NCBI GenBank assembly: GCA_963726745.1
Contig: CAVSDR010000007.1
Span: forward strand, 32,001-96,000
Direction: 5' to 3'
Origin: an uncultured Verrucomicrobiae bacterium
Lineage (GTDB): Bacteria; Verrucomicrobiota; Verrucomicrobiia; Chthoniobacterales; UBA10450
Length of the DNA stretch: 64,000 nucleotides
Part shown: piece after piece, positions 9,520 to 19,624 of the stretch
Position numbering within the stretch: position 1 is the stretch's first letter
Layout: the number at the start of each line of letters is the position of its first letter
The notes under the pieces: generated by a model
What the model saw: only the letters and a program-made list of their open reading frames with translations
What the model was told of the DNA's origin: nothing
Database searches by the model: none
Position numbers and translations under genes: made by a program

Positions 9520-11627
9520 ACGGTCGCGGAATTCAAAGGTAGTGAAATTTTAAAGGTCGTCCCCCGGCCCACGTCACTCGTGACGGAGATTTTTCCCCCG
9601 TGGGCTTCCACGATCATCTTCGATTGGAACATCCCAATCCCAAGCCCCTTCTTCTTCGTGGTGCAAAATGGCCGAAAGAGTGAATTGCGCAAAAAGGCCG
9701 CGCTCATCCCGCACCCGTCGTCGCTCACCACCAGCGTCGCCCAGGCATCGCGCTGGGTTGTCTGCACGGTCACGGTCCCCTTCCCCGCGACCGCGTCGCG
9801 CGCATTAAGCAGCAGATTGGTCACGACACTTTGCATTTGCTGGCGATCCGCGAGCACGCGTGGGAGCGGCCCGAGCTCGCGCACCACTTGCACGGCGGCG
9901 CCGTTGAGCGCCTCGAGCGCTTCCTCGATCACATGGTTCAAGTCGAACTCGACTGGGTTGACCGCCAGCTTTTGCCGCACCACTCCCAGGCTGGCGATGA
10001 GCTGGTTGATCCGGTCCGCCGTGCGGCCAATCCCGCGCAGTGCGTCCTCGCGAAAAGCCGGGTCGTTGAAATGCACCGGCAAGTTCTGGCACATGAGCGT
10101 GAGCGTGGACGCGGCGTTCTTCAAGTCGTGCACGAAGAAGGTCGACATCGTCTGGAAGGCTTCGAGTTCCTTTCCCAGCATCACCTCCTCCGTCAGCCGC
10201 AGGTTCAACAAATTCGCCGCTACCTGGTCGCCGATGCACTTCAGCAAATCGAACTCCTCCATGCTGTAGGGCAAACCGTTCACCCGGTCCGCCAGGACCA
10301 TGAATCCCAGCGGCTGCTCGCCGGCAATCAACGGCACGCAAATGCGATCGCCTCCTTTCTGGAATTGCGGGCGCGTGGCCGCGCGCAACGCCTCCGCCCA
10401 AGTCCCGCGCGCGGTTTCCAGGTCAAACGGCTGACTCGTTAGGCCAGGATCGGGCAGCGCCAGCTCCATGCTCGCGCTTTCGCCCTCGGCCGCGGGCGTA
10501 TATTCCTGCGCGGAGCGCGCGGTCGAAGCCGCGAGGATCGCTTTCTCGCCCCGCGCTTCCCACAGCCACACGCTCACCGAGAGCGCATCGAAAGTCTCCG
10601 AGGTCAGCTTCGCGGCCGCGGCACAAAGCGCCGGCTGGTCCAGGAGGTTGCCCGTGCTGCTGGTGAAGCGGCTCCAGATTTTGCGGAAGTCGTGCTGCGG
10701 CCGCTGAAAGTGCCGGCTAATAAATCGCCCGATGACCTGCCGCAGCCGGTCGGATAAGAGTAGCGCCGCGAGCAGCGCGATCCCGAAGAGGATCAGCACC
10801 GCCTGTAGTTGAAAGTTCTTCGCCTCGCGAGTGCGCGCGACGATCTGCGCGAGCACGCCGACGACGAAAAGATACGCGCCCACGAAGACGACCGTGAACG
10901 AGGTGTGCAGCGCCGCGCGCGAGGGATAGATATCGATCTCGCCAAAGCCGCCACGCAGGTAACCGACGACGATGAAGCTGCACCCGATGAGCAGCGCCGC
11001 GGCTTCGATTCCCGAGCCGGTGATCGTGTCCGAGCCGTAGATCAACGCCTGGCTGCGGGTGAAAATGCGCGCGCCGAAGAGGACGGCTAAACCCAGGACG
11101 ACGAACTTGACCCGCCACTGAATTGTCCCCACGGCCGCGCGGAAGGTGCGCTCGAGATTCATCAGGATCATGACCCACGAGACCAGGAGGAAACCCGAGA
11201 GCACCTTCGCCGGGGTGGCGTAGCCGATCAGCCAGACATTGATCGAATCCGACGGTCGCAGGTCGACCAGCGCGCCGTGATAAACCACCCCGAAGGCCAC
11301 CGGCACGAGCAACACCACCGCCAGCAGCCCGTAGGAGCGATGGAGGAATTCCCGGTAATTCCCGCGCGAATACGTCAGGCTAAAGCAAAGCCAAAAGGCC
11401 GGCAGTGCCGACTTCACCAGGAGGAGCGTCGCCTGCCAGAATTCCACCCGGTCCGAGAGCACCTGCCGAAAGGCGATAATGCTGACGACGTTCTCCGCCG
11501 CCAGCAGCAGCATGCCGAAGAAGAACGACCAGGCCGCGACCGAAACGCGCCGCCGCAAGGGTACAGCCAGGGCCAGGCAGACGGCAAAGATCGCCGCCGC
11601 CGAGGAGAGATAAAAGTGCACTCTCAC
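9516..11627 (-). CDS. prsK: PEP-CTERM system membrane histidine kinase
   Basis: Multi-TM N-terminus with NLERTFR, GAF-like region, H-box FFVHDLKN, HATPase (NLLLNA, DDGCGM, GLGIGM). Overlaps the prsR start. Confidence 0.92.
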   Translation of the reverse strand: MRVHFYLSSAAAIFAVCLALAVPLRRRVSVAAWSFFFGMLLLAAENVVSIIAFRQVLSDRVEFWQATLLLVKSALPAFWLCFSLTYSRGNYREFLHRSYGLLAVVLLVPVAFGVVYHGALVDLRPSDSINVWLIGYATPAKVLSGFLLVSWVMILMNLERTFRAAVGTIQWRVKFVVLGLAVLFGARIFTRSQALIYGSDTITGSGIEAAALLIGCSFIVVGYLRGGFGEIDIYPSRAALHTSFTVVFVGAYLFVVGVLAQIVARTREAKNFQLQAVLILFGIALLAALLLSDRLRQVIGRFISRHFQRPQHDFRKIWSRFTSSTGNLLDQPALCAAAAKLTSETFDALSVSVWLWEARGEKAILAASTARSAQEYTPAAEGESASMELALPDPGLTSQPFDLETARGTWAEALRAATRPQFQKGGDRICVPLIAGEQPLGFMVLADRVNGLPYSMEEFDLLKCIGDQVAANLLNLRLTEEVMLGKELEAFQTMSTFFVHDLKNAASTLTLMCQNLPVHFNDPAFREDALRGIGRTADRINQLIASLGVVRQKLAVNPVEFDLNHVIEEALEALNGAAVQVVRELGPLPRVLADRQQMQSVVTNLLLNARDAVAGKGTVTVQTTQRDAWATLVVSDDGCGMSAAFLRNSLFRPFCTTKKKGLGIGMFQSKMIVEAHGGKISVTSDVGRGTTFKISLPLNSATV

Positions 11628-11709
11628 GTCGTTGGAGTTTTAGCCAGCGCGCTCTGGGAAGCCCGCGCGCCCGATTTTGCCGGAAGACGCCCGGCAAACT
11701 CGCACCGCC

Positions 11710-12318
11710 TCAAAACGCGCTCTGCGGCACCTGGATGATGTCGCCATTCTTCACGTAGAACGCTTCCGTCGTCCGGCCCGCGAGGATGGGGCGCAGGTCA
11801 AGCATTTGCGTCCGTTGGACCCCATCGGAAATGCGGATGAGATGCACGCGCCGGAGATTCCCAAACTGATTCACGCCGCCAGCTTCCATGATCGCCTGCA
11901 GCACGGTCGTAGGCCGGTCAAAAGTGAGCTTGCCGGGCGTGCGCACCGAGCCGGAGACGTAGACCTGGATGGCTGCGCTCTCGAGCGTCACGACGACGTC
12001 GGGATTGTTAATCTGCCCGCGGTAGAGCGCTTTGATCTCGGCCTGGAATTGCCGCAGCGTTTTACCCGACGCTTTCACTTCGCCCACCTGCGGAAGATTC
12101 AAGCGACCATCGGCACGGATCTTCTGGGAAAGATTCATTTCCGGCGCGGTCGTGAAGGAAATTTTGATCACGTCGCCGGGCCCGAGCACCGTCGGCGTGG
12201 AGGCGGTCACCGGCTCGACCATGCCGGTGCGGCGGCCGCTGCTGCAGCCCGCGAGCGTCCAGAGAGAGAGCGCAAGCAAGGCAAGGAAAAGGGGAAGGCG
12301 CAGGGATCGAGGATTCAT
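11710..12318 (-). CDS. wza: Polysaccharide export lipoprotein (Wza/OPX family)
   Basis: Lipobox LAGC, LGPGDVIKI…IRADGRLNLPQVGEV and SLBB (GSVRTPG…AIMEAGG). Start set at ATG 12318. Confidence 0.9.
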   Translation of the reverse strand: MNPRSLRLPLFLALLALSLWTLAGCSSGRRTGMVEPVTASTPTVLGPGDVIKISFTTAPEMNLSQKIRADGRLNLPQVGEVKASGKTLRQFQAEIKALYRGQINNPDVVVTLESAAIQVYVSGSVRTPGKLTFDRPTTVLQAIMEAGGVNQFGNLRRVHLIRISDGVQRTQMLDLRPILAGRTTEAFYVKNGDIIQVPQSAF

Positions 12319-12401
12319 TTTAGGTGAGATTTTCAGAAGAGAGAGCAGCCATCCAAGTAAGACCATAAACCCGCGGAAACGTAAACAGGGAAGGCGGCGG
12401 G

Positions 12402-13358
12402 CTAAGCTGGCGGCTTCGATGCAGCCTTCGCGGCCCCGCGTTGTTCCATCCAGCGCAGCCACCACAGAAAGAGAAATAGCGGCACCAGCGAGAGGACAAA
12501 GAAGACCGGCCCGCCGCGACGGTGAATCACGCTGTCGATCATCTGCGGCCCGTACTCCGCGCAAAGCCAGCCAATCACCCCGATGCGGAAGCCATTCCGG
12601 ATGATTCCCAAGGGAATAACAAACACCACCAGCAACGTGCGCCGCCAGTTCGAGCGCAGGAAAAGATGCGCCGCCAGCAGGCTGGTGATGAACAAGACCC
12701 AGCTCGACCTGATCCCGCTGCACTCCTGCGCCACCTCGATCAAAATACCCGGCAACTTGAAGAACAACCCTTCGCGCAGAAACGGCACGCCGCCGAAGTT
12801 AAAGAACATCTCCGCCGCCCCTGCCGATGCTACCTTGGAGGCCGTTTCCAACGCCGCGGCCATCCCGTCCGGCATCGGCACGAGGAAAATGAGGAAGAAC
12901 ACCGGGAAGGCCGCCGCTTTCATCCAGCGCCAGCCGAGGAGGAGAAAACTCCCGGCCCAAAGCAGGCAAAGGAATACACCCGCCATCAACGCAAGGTAGT
13001 CGTTTAAGGAGAGCGACGCGGCCAGGCGCTGCGCTTCGAATAGCAGCCCGCCACCCGCCAGCACGAGTAAGCCAGCCGGAACAAATGCCGGGCGCCCGGC
13101 CTCCGGCAATTCCCGCCACCCGATCGCCAGGAGGTAACCGGAAATGAAAGGAATCAGGACAATGTGCGAATGGAGATCATTTCCCAGGGCATGCGTCACC
13201 AGCGTGCTCAGCGGGCGAAAGAATGCCGCCGCTAAAAGCAGGACATAACCGGCAGCCAACCAAAGCCGGAGATTAGCCGGCGCTTTCGCCAAACTCGTCG
13301 GCGGAAGATCTCCCGGGCCCGGTGCCACTGGCTTGCTCGCAATTTCTGATTGGCTCAT
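12402..13358 (-). CDS. Exosortase (probably VPDSG-CTERM-specific XrtC type)
   Basis: Multi-TM protein with catalytic Cys (VAQECSGIRS), Arg (RNGFRI) and His (IHRRGG), plus N-terminal SHIVLIP. Confidence 0.93.
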   Translation of the reverse strand: MSQSEIASKPVAPGPGDLPPTSLAKAPANLRLWLAAGYVLLLAAAFFRPLSTLVTHALGNDLHSHIVLIPFISGYLLAIGWRELPEAGRPAFVPAGLLVLAGGGLLFEAQRLAASLSLNDYLALMAGVFLCLLWAGSFLLLGWRWMKAAAFPVFFLIFLVPMPDGMAAALETASKVASAGAAEMFFNFGGVPFLREGLFFKLPGILIEVAQECSGIRSSWVLFITSLLAAHLFLRSNWRRTLLVVFVIPLGIIRNGFRIGVIGWLCAEYGPQMIDSVIHRRGGPVFFVLSLVPLFLFLWWLRWMEQRGAAKAASKPPA

Positions 13359-14029
13359 TACTTAAACGTCGGACGGGCGATCATGGCATAAAGATAAGCC
13401 AGCCACTCACTGAAAACTTCCTTCACTCCTTCACTGTATCGCCACCACTCCTCCCGTGGGAAGTCCGGGTTGTCGACCGCGATCACTCCCACCACTGCTT
13501 CCGCGCCGAAAGCTTTCTGGAAAAGCAGACGCGTCCGCCGCGCATGCGGTCCTCCTGTGACCACATTGACCGCCAGCACTTTCCCCTCTGCCTGCCGCAA
13601 CCGCTCGCGCAAAGCCACCGCTGCGCCATAGGTCCGATTACGCGCCCAGACCCGGGCGGGGGCGATCTTTACTTCCGCGGGCGCCAACCCCGCCGCCTTC
13701 AATCGGTCACCGGCCACACTGGCGTAAGTGTTATAGTCATTCGTGTAACCGCCGCTGCCATTCACTGGCCCGCCAGTGGCATAAATCTGCCGATACCCTC
13801 CGCGCCGGAATTCCCGCACCGCGGCCCGAACCACAAAGTCATCGTTCCAGCCTTCCACCACCAAAGTGTCGGCTGCGACCGGGGAATGGAGCGCGAGAAA
13901 GGAATAAGCTACCTGGCTAAACAGCAAGGCCGCGCCCGCAAGCAGAAGCAAGAGAACGAGCCAGCCCCTCCCAGATAACCGCCACGCTTCCCGGCGTGTC
14001 AGCAAGCCATGGAACTTCTGCGCGGCCAT
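13358..14029 (-). CDS. YdcF/ElyC (DUF218) family protein
   Basis: N-terminal TM, LVVEGW, ATGG, RTYGAA, HARR and KE…WLAY motifs. Confidence 0.8.
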   Translation of the reverse strand: MAAQKFHGLLTRREAWRLSGRGWLVLLLLLAGAALLFSQVAYSFLALHSPVAADTLVVEGWNDDFVVRAAVREFRRGGYRQIYATGGPVNGSGGYTNDYNTYASVAGDRLKAAGLAPAEVKIAPARVWARNRTYGAAVALRERLRQAEGKVLAVNVVTGGPHARRTRLLFQKAFGAEAVVGVIAVDNPDFPREEWWRYSEGVKEVFSEWLAYLYAMIARPTFK

Positions 14030-15168
14030 TAGCCTTCCACCAGCTTCGTGAAGCGGGCCACGAAAGCTTCCCGGCTAAACCTTTGCGCGCGCGCCCGCGC
14101 GGCCACGCTCATCTGCGCGCGCAAGCTTTCGTCCTCGAGCAAGCGGCGCGAGTAGCTGACTAGTTCTTCCGGCGTTTCCCACAGGAATCCGCTCACGCCG
14201 TGCTCGACAATTTCCTTTTGCCCGCCGCGTTGGATCACCACCGGCACGCAACCCGCCGCCATCGCTTCCACGGTGCTAATGCCAAAGTGCTCGGCCAATT
14301 CCGGACGCTGCTCCTCATCAATCCCCATCCCGGTGGCATGCCAGAAAATCGCTGCGCGCTGATACATCTCAGTCAGTGCCTGGCGTGCCACGTTTACCGC
14401 CAGATGCGCGCCCTGCCTTGCCGCGATTGGCTCGAGCGCCTTCAAGAAATCCACGTCTGTTCCCGTGGAAGGACAAGCGCCGGCCATGACGAAACTCCAG
14501 TCCATCTTGCCGGCTGTTTTCAACTCACCAAACGCGTCCAGCATTTCCCGTTGCTTCTTTCCATGTCCTTCGGCGGCAAATCGCCCGACACTTAAGATAA
14601 GCTTCTCTTTCTTTCCCACGTTCTCGTCCGCGCGCACGGCCACCGGAGGATAAACGACCTCCGAGTCCACGCCCCATCGCTTCGCGGTCCACTTCTTCGA
14701 GAATTCGGAGATCGCCAACTTGCAGTCGTAGGTTTGCAAGCGAGCGCGAACTTTCCAGCGATGCCAGGGACGCTTCGGCCAGGCGAATTCTTCCAGCGCG
14801 TGAAACGGAAACAAGATCCACAGGATTCCCTTTGGCGCGCCGCAAAAAGGCGGCGGCTCATGCACGAAAGCAATCAGCAGATCGCACGCGCCCGCGATCG
14901 CAGCTTCCTGCGCCCGCTCCGCCCGCAGTCGCTCTCTGACCTTCCAAAAGACTCCCCGGTAAGCCACCTGCGGCGGCCCGAGTCTTAGCTTCACCCGGCT
15001 AAGGTCGACCGCGGCAAAATCAGCCAGCGACTCCCGCGCCATCGTCGGCCGATAATGCACGATCTCGACCTCATGTTTCACAGCGAGACCCGCCGCCAGC
15101 ACCGCCGCCGAAACTTCCGACCCACCGAGAGACCCGCGGGAAGGTTCGTTGTAGATCGTGATCTTCAA
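14029..15168 (-). CDS. Glycosyltransferase family 4
   Basis: SVGRF and EHFGISTVEAMAAG motifs. Likely TTG start at 15168 after GGGGAG; the computed ORF runs further upstream. Confidence 0.9.
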   Translation of the reverse strand: MKITIYNEPSRGSLGGSEVSAAVLAAGLAVKHEVEIVHYRPTMARESLADFAAVDLSRVKLRLGPPQVAYRGVFWKVRERLRAERAQEAAIAGACDLLIAFVHEPPPFCGAPKGILWILFPFHALEEFAWPKRPWHRWKVRARLQTYDCKLAISEFSKKWTAKRWGVDSEVVYPPVAVRADENVGKKEKLILSVGRFAAEGHGKKQREMLDAFGELKTAGKMDWSFVMAGACPSTGTDVDFLKALEPIAARQGAHLAVNVARQALTEMYQRAAIFWHATGMGIDEEQRPELAEHFGISTVEAMAAGCVPVVIQRGGQKEIVEHGVSGFLWETPEELVSYSRRLLEDESLRAQMSVAARARAQRFSREAFVARFTKLVEG

Positions 15169-15178
15169 TATCTCCCCA

Positions 15179-16453
15179 TCAACTGAGCGCTGCCTTGTAG
15201 CCCGCAATTGTCTCCTCCGCGCACCGGGCCCAGCTAAACTCCCGCGCACGCGCGATGGCTGCCCGGGACAATTCGGACGCTCGTGTGTCGCTGTTCGCGA
15301 TTTCGAGAATAGCGCCGCATAGAGCATCAAGATCTCGCGGCGCGACCAGCAATCCCGCCGCGCCCACCACCTCCGGAAGCGAAGTCGTGTTGGCCGAGAT
15401 CACCGGGGTCCCGCATTGCATCGCCTCCAGCACCGGCAGGCCGAATCCCTCATACAGCGATGCGAAAACGAAGGCTGCCGCGCCACTGTAGAGCGCTGAG
15501 AGATCTTCTTCCTCCACGCGCCCAGTTAGCCTAACCCGTCCGGCCAGCGTGGGATCCGCTGTCGCCGCAGCGATAATCGCGTTGTCTTTCCATCCGCGCG
15601 GTCCGGCGATGACAAGGTTTAAGTCAAATGAAGGAGACGCGGCCGCCAGCTCACGAAAGGCTTTGATCGCGTGCTCCATGCCTTTGCGCGGTTGCAGCGA
15701 TCCCAGCGTCAGCAAATATCTACCTTCGGGAATACCGTATTTCCGGCGCACTGCTTTCAAGGCGTCGGGTTCGCGGACTGGTCGAAACACTTTGTCTGCG
15801 GCCAGGTGGGTGACGAAAACCCGCTGCGGATTCAGCCACGGCAATTCGTTGCAAAGGTCATCCCGAGTCGCGTGCGAGATACAGAACATGTAATCATCGG
15901 ACCTCAGGCTGGCGAGCGTTGCGCGTTGCATCTCTGGCGCACCGGTGTCGCAAAGTTCCGGATGCCGGAGCGGGATCAAATCGTAACAGGTAAGGAACAC
16001 ACGGAGCTTTGGGTGTTTTCGTAGCTCCGAAGGGATGGCGAGAAATAGGGAGTGGTAGATTTCGTGGCCGTGCGCCCCGCATTCATGCAGTGGCCCCCGC
16101 CGCGCTGCCGCCCACCGACTGCCACACCGAGCCAGCAAGCCCGCCGCCCGCAGGGCCAAGCCGCGTTTCCCACGGTCGTAAACCGAAGTCATGACGGCAT
16201 GCGCCGGTTTTTGATAAGTCCAATCCCAGCGTGGGTAACTAAACGGGAGACCGCTTAGTGCGCGATGATGGGAAAGGTATTTCAGCGCACCACCCACGGC
16301 CCCGAAAGAATCGCCGGCGCATAGTGTCAGCTGGCATTCCGGGGATGCCGCGAGATAAACCGCCAGTGTTTCCATCACGCGGTCGAGCCCCGTAGCGCCA
16401 GCAGGTCGGCTCTCCGAGTAGCCAAGCCAGGAGATGTCGTAAAGGACGCGCAA
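15179..16453 (-). CDS. Glycosyltransferase family 4 (MtfB/WbdA-like)
   Basis: YDLIP, GSLQPRKG, YEGFGLPVLEAMQCG. Likely TTG start. Confidence 0.9.
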   Translation of the reverse strand: MRVLYDISWLGYSESRPAGATGLDRVMETLAVYLAASPECQLTLCAGDSFGAVGGALKYLSHHRALSGLPFSYPRWDWTYQKPAHAVMTSVYDRGKRGLALRAAGLLARCGSRWAAARRGPLHECGAHGHEIYHSLFLAIPSELRKHPKLRVFLTCYDLIPLRHPELCDTGAPEMQRATLASLRSDDYMFCISHATRDDLCNELPWLNPQRVFVTHLAADKVFRPVREPDALKAVRRKYGIPEGRYLLTLGSLQPRKGMEHAIKAFRELAAASPSFDLNLVIAGPRGWKDNAIIAAATADPTLAGRVRLTGRVEEEDLSALYSGAAAFVFASLYEGFGLPVLEAMQCGTPVISANTTSLPEVVGAAGLLVAPRDLDALCGAILEIANSDTRASELSRAAIARAREFSWARCAEETIAGYKAALS

Positions 16454-16476
16454 TTTTCCGAGGTGGTGGTGGTGCG

Positions 16477-17679
16477 TTAGCTTCGGCCCTGCGAAGCCAC
16501 GGCAAAACGATACGCCGCCATGGTTTGCGCGACGCACCGTTCCCAGCTGAAACGGGCCGCTTGCTGCAGGGAGCGGCGGGATAATTCTTCACGTTGCGCG
16601 GGTTGATTCGCCAGGCTTATCATCGCGGCGCAAAGCGCGTCTGCGTCTGATGGCGAAACCAGGATCCCTGCGTCGCCTACGACTTCTGGCAAGGCGCTGG
16701 TATTGGAAGCAATCACGGGGATTCCGCACTGCATTGCCTCCAGTGGTGGCAGACCAAAGCCTTCATAGAGCGATGGGAAGACAAAGGCAACTGCACCCGA
16801 ATAGAGCGCAGCCAGATCCTCATCATCGACAAATCCAGTGAGGATAACGCGGCCCCGCGCTGCCGTGTTTCGCTCGATCTCCTCAAGGAGCGCTTCGTAT
16901 TTCCACCCCTTGTTACCCACAAGCACCAGGTTGAAGTCGCGCATAGCCGGCTCTTGTGTGAGAGCCGCAAAACATCGCACCAAGTGCTCCATATTCTTCC
17001 GCGGCTCGAGCGTGCTGAGACTCAGGAAATACGGATTCTGCGGGATCTGGTATTTAGCCCGCGTCGCGGCGCAGAATGCCGCGTCACCGCAGGGATGGAA
17101 ACTCTCTGAGGCCGCCAGCGACGTTACGAACACGTGGTTGGCAGGCAGCGCGGGAAGACGATTGCAGAGGTCGTTCCGCGTCGCCTCCGAAATGCAAATC
17201 GCCCAATTCCGCGGCAGCAGGCTCTCGAGAGCGGACTCCATGAACTCCGTCGAGCCTTCTCTGCACCACTGGGGAAACAGAAGCGGAATCAAGTCGTAGA
17301 TCGTTAGGCAACATTGCGCGCGACGCGTCTTCCTGGCAGCAGCCGGCAGGTAGAAGGCCGGCACATGAAAGATGTCATGATCCCCTATGACGTCATCATG
17401 CCTTTGGCCGAAAAGCCGCCACACGCGCTCCCATCGGCCCCTGCGGTCAGATGCAGCGTTTCTCGCCAAAGGCACGTCTTCAAGACCTGCCGCGCCCTTT
17501 AAATACTGTTCCGCAAAGCCAGCAACGTGCGGATCGATTGTGCAGCAGAACTCCAGGTCGCATTCAGGATCATGGGCCAAGCCACGCGCGACAGAATCCA
17601 CCACCCGGCAAACGCCGGCTCGCTGCCATCGCTCGCGCTGCGCGTTACCGAGAGCGGTGACATCGTAAAGTACTCTCAA
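16477..17679 (-). CDS. Glycosyltransferase family 4 (MtfB/WbdA-like), paralogue of the next gene
   Basis: [32 protein letters not shown] start overlaps the upstream TGA. Confidence 0.9.
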   Translation of the reverse strand: MRVLYDVTALGNAQRERWQRAGVCRVVDSVARGLAHDPECDLEFCCTIDPHVAGFAEQYLKGAAGLEDVPLARNAASDRRGRWERVWRLFGQRHDDVIGDHDIFHVPAFYLPAAARKTRRAQCCLTIYDLIPLLFPQWCREGSTEFMESALESLLPRNWAICISEATRNDLCNRLPALPANHVFVTSLAASESFHPCGDAAFCAATRAKYQIPQNPYFLSLSTLEPRKNMEHLVRCFAALTQEPAMRDFNLVLVGNKGWKYEALLEEIERNTAARGRVILTGFVDDEDLAALYSGAVAFVFPSLYEGFGLPPLEAMQCGIPVIASNTSALPEVVGDAGILVSPSDADALCAAMISLANQPAQREELSRRSLQQAARFSWERCVAQTMAAYRFAVASQGRS

Positions 17680-18821
17680 AGGACCGCCGCCGTTTCGGAC
17701 TTTCTCGCGGCTTCGATTGGGGACCGTTGTTCTGTGGTCAGCCACCGCTTTACTACCTCCACCGGCGGCAATTCCCAGCCCCTTAGCCCACGAAGACGGC
17801 GCAGTAGATACTCGGCACCCAGCACAGGTTCTATAACACATTGGGAGAGAACGAATGCCAGCCGCCGCCACGGATTCCTTCGGGAGCTCCGCCCCTGATC
17901 AAAGTTCCACCGCTTCGAAAAATATTGTCGGTATTTCCGAAGTAGCCTGAGCGTGCGCTCCGACGAAGCCGCGGAGGCCGCCGCAATCGCCGCATCGATC
18001 ATCTCCTCAAGCTTTTCGCGTTGCGGCGTTGCGCCTGGCGCCGGAATCCGAGTTGCCTGCGCCGGATGGACGCGCCAGCCCGCCCAAGTCCCAGGCGCGT
18101 GCACCGAAGAGAGGAGGAGCCCCGCTCGCATGCCCCAGTGGAAGTCGCTCATGCTGCCCCAATCGTCACGAAAAAGACCGACTGCGTCGAAGGCATCCCT
18201 TCGGATCAAAAGTTGCGTAAGCGAATTGAAAACGGTCTCGCCTCCAAGATGAAGAACGCCATTATAAGGCGCATGCCGGATGTGCGGCTCCGAAAGGAGA
18301 CCATGACTGCTGCGAGCAAAAACGGAAACGCGCTCCCACGCGAAATCGAGTGTCTGGCCATCTGCACTTAGAACAATGAGCGGACAATGCGCCATCGCGC
18401 AGGCAGGGTTATCCTCCAGCGCGACGACGAGCGTCTCCAGGCAGTTTTCCGCCATCGTGTCGTCGCTCGTGGCGATGTAAACAAACTTTCCGGTTGCCCG
18501 CTCAATGCACCGGTTGATCGCCGCATAAATTCCTTCCCTTGGCGCCTGTTCAATGCGCACACGCGGATCCTCAGCCGCTGCCTCCTGCAAAAACTCCCAG
18601 CTCCCATCGTCGGAAAAGCCATCGAGGGCGAGTACTTCCCAGTCGGTGAGGGTTTGCTGGAAGATCGATCTCAACCGTTCCGGCAGGAAAGGGCGGCAGT
18701 TCAGATTTGGCAGGCAAATCGTCACCGTCGGTGCAACTACGGCTGGCGCTCTCAGGGTGGCATCCGCTCTGGCAACCCGGCCTCCACGGTCGCGCCATCC
18801 GTTAGCAGAAAGGGCTGCCAA
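17676..18821 (-). CDS. Glycosyltransferase family 2
   Basis: TICLPNLN, DGFSDDGS, ATSDD. True start uncertain, probably near 18750-18725. Confidence 0.85.
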   Translation of the reverse strand: MAALSANGWRDRGGRVARADATLRAPAVVAPTVTICLPNLNCRPFLPERLRSIFQQTLTDWEVLALDGFSDDGSWEFLQEAAAEDPRVRIEQAPREGIYAAINRCIERATGKFVYIATSDDTMAENCLETLVVALEDNPACAMAHCPLIVLSADGQTLDFAWERVSVFARSSHGLLSEPHIRHAPYNGVLHLGGETVFNSLTQLLIRRDAFDAVGLFRDDWGSMSDFHWGMRAGLLLSSVHAPGTWAGWRVHPAQATRIPAPGATPQREKLEEMIDAAIAAASAASSERTLRLLRKYRQYFSKRWNFDQGRSSRRNPWRRLAFVLSQCVIEPVLGAEYLLRRLRGLRGWELPPVEVVKRWLTTEQRSPIEAARKSETAAVL

Positions 18822-19624
18822 AACTCACGATCAATCTTGTCCCAGGCATGGCAGCCAAAAGGAAGACGTTCGTTGGTCAACGCAAAGCAATGCCGCGGCG
18901 CGTGCTCAAAGGCAAAACCAAGGGCCTCTTCAGGGCGCGGGATCCTGAAGCTCGGCTCGATCAGCCGCGCATAGGTGGACCAGAATAGATCCTCATGCGC
19001 TGCAAAATGCCGGATAAAATAACCAATGTTGTTCTTGTAGCCGATCGAGTGAGCAAATGTCTTCGCCCTGAGGTAAGCCCTCCGAAGCATTGGATACCCA
19101 AGGATTCGCCCACTCTGCGCGGCACAATCTGCCGGCGTCATCCACAGACCCTTCGCCTCCAAAACCTTCAGGAAAGTGGCAACCTTGCGGAGTGAGAAAC
19201 CGCCATTCCCGACCGCCCAAAGTCCTTGAGTTGTATCCCCGCGGTGTCCCCGAAACCATGGCGCGCCCACATAATCAAGACCTCTCCGGCACCAGCTTTC
19301 CAGCTCGTCTGAGAAGACGAGACTATCGAGCTGGCATATTAGGATATAACTGTATTCGCGAAACGCGCGATAAAAGCTTCGCGAAAGCATTAGCCGATTA
19401 TAGCCAGCCAGGCCTTCAAAGTAGCTGTCTGCCCAGCGAAGCACCTTCGCCTCGCGCAGAAGAAAGGAAGGATCCTCTAAGGATTCGGGCACGACGAAAT
19501 AGGTGTCGTATCGCCAGAGGTGACATTGCAGTTGTCGTAGAGATTGCTCTTCCTCGGCCGTCAGCGGCAGCCGATAAATCGGAATCACAACGGCCGCGAC
19601 ATTTTCTCTTCTGGAGACGGACAT
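18752..19624 (-). CDS. DUF5672-like putative glycosyltransferase
   Basis: VVIPIY, ICQLDSLVF, DYVGAPW, VGNGGFSLRK, EDLFWS and PFGCHAW motifs. Confidence 0.75.
   Translation of the reverse strand: MSVSRRENVAAVVIPIYRLPLTAEEEQSLRQLQCHLWRYDTYFVVPESLEDPSFLLREAKVLRWADSYFEGLAGYNRLMLSRSFYRAFREYSYILICQLDSLVFSDELESWCRRGLDYVGAPWFRGHRGDTTQGLWAVGNGGFSLRKVATFLKVLEAKGLWMTPADCAAQSGRILGYPMLRRAYLRAKTFAHSIGYKNNIGYFIRHFAAHEDLFWSTYARLIEPSFRIPRPEEALGFAFEHAPRHCFALTNERLPFGCHAWDKIDREFWQPFLLTDGATVEAGLPERMPP

Noticed and set aside
12319..12723. N-terminal extension of the computed wza ORF, and similar extensions of the ORFs at 14029, 15179, 16477, 41237, 44756, 49454, 51110 and 53929
   Set aside because: They overlap upstream genes; family motifs and RBS-linked starts lie further downstream.
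16461..16475. Apparent His run (THHHHL) from a (CAC)n repeat
   Set aside because: It lies upstream of the likely TTG start at 16453 and is too short to be a contingency repeat.
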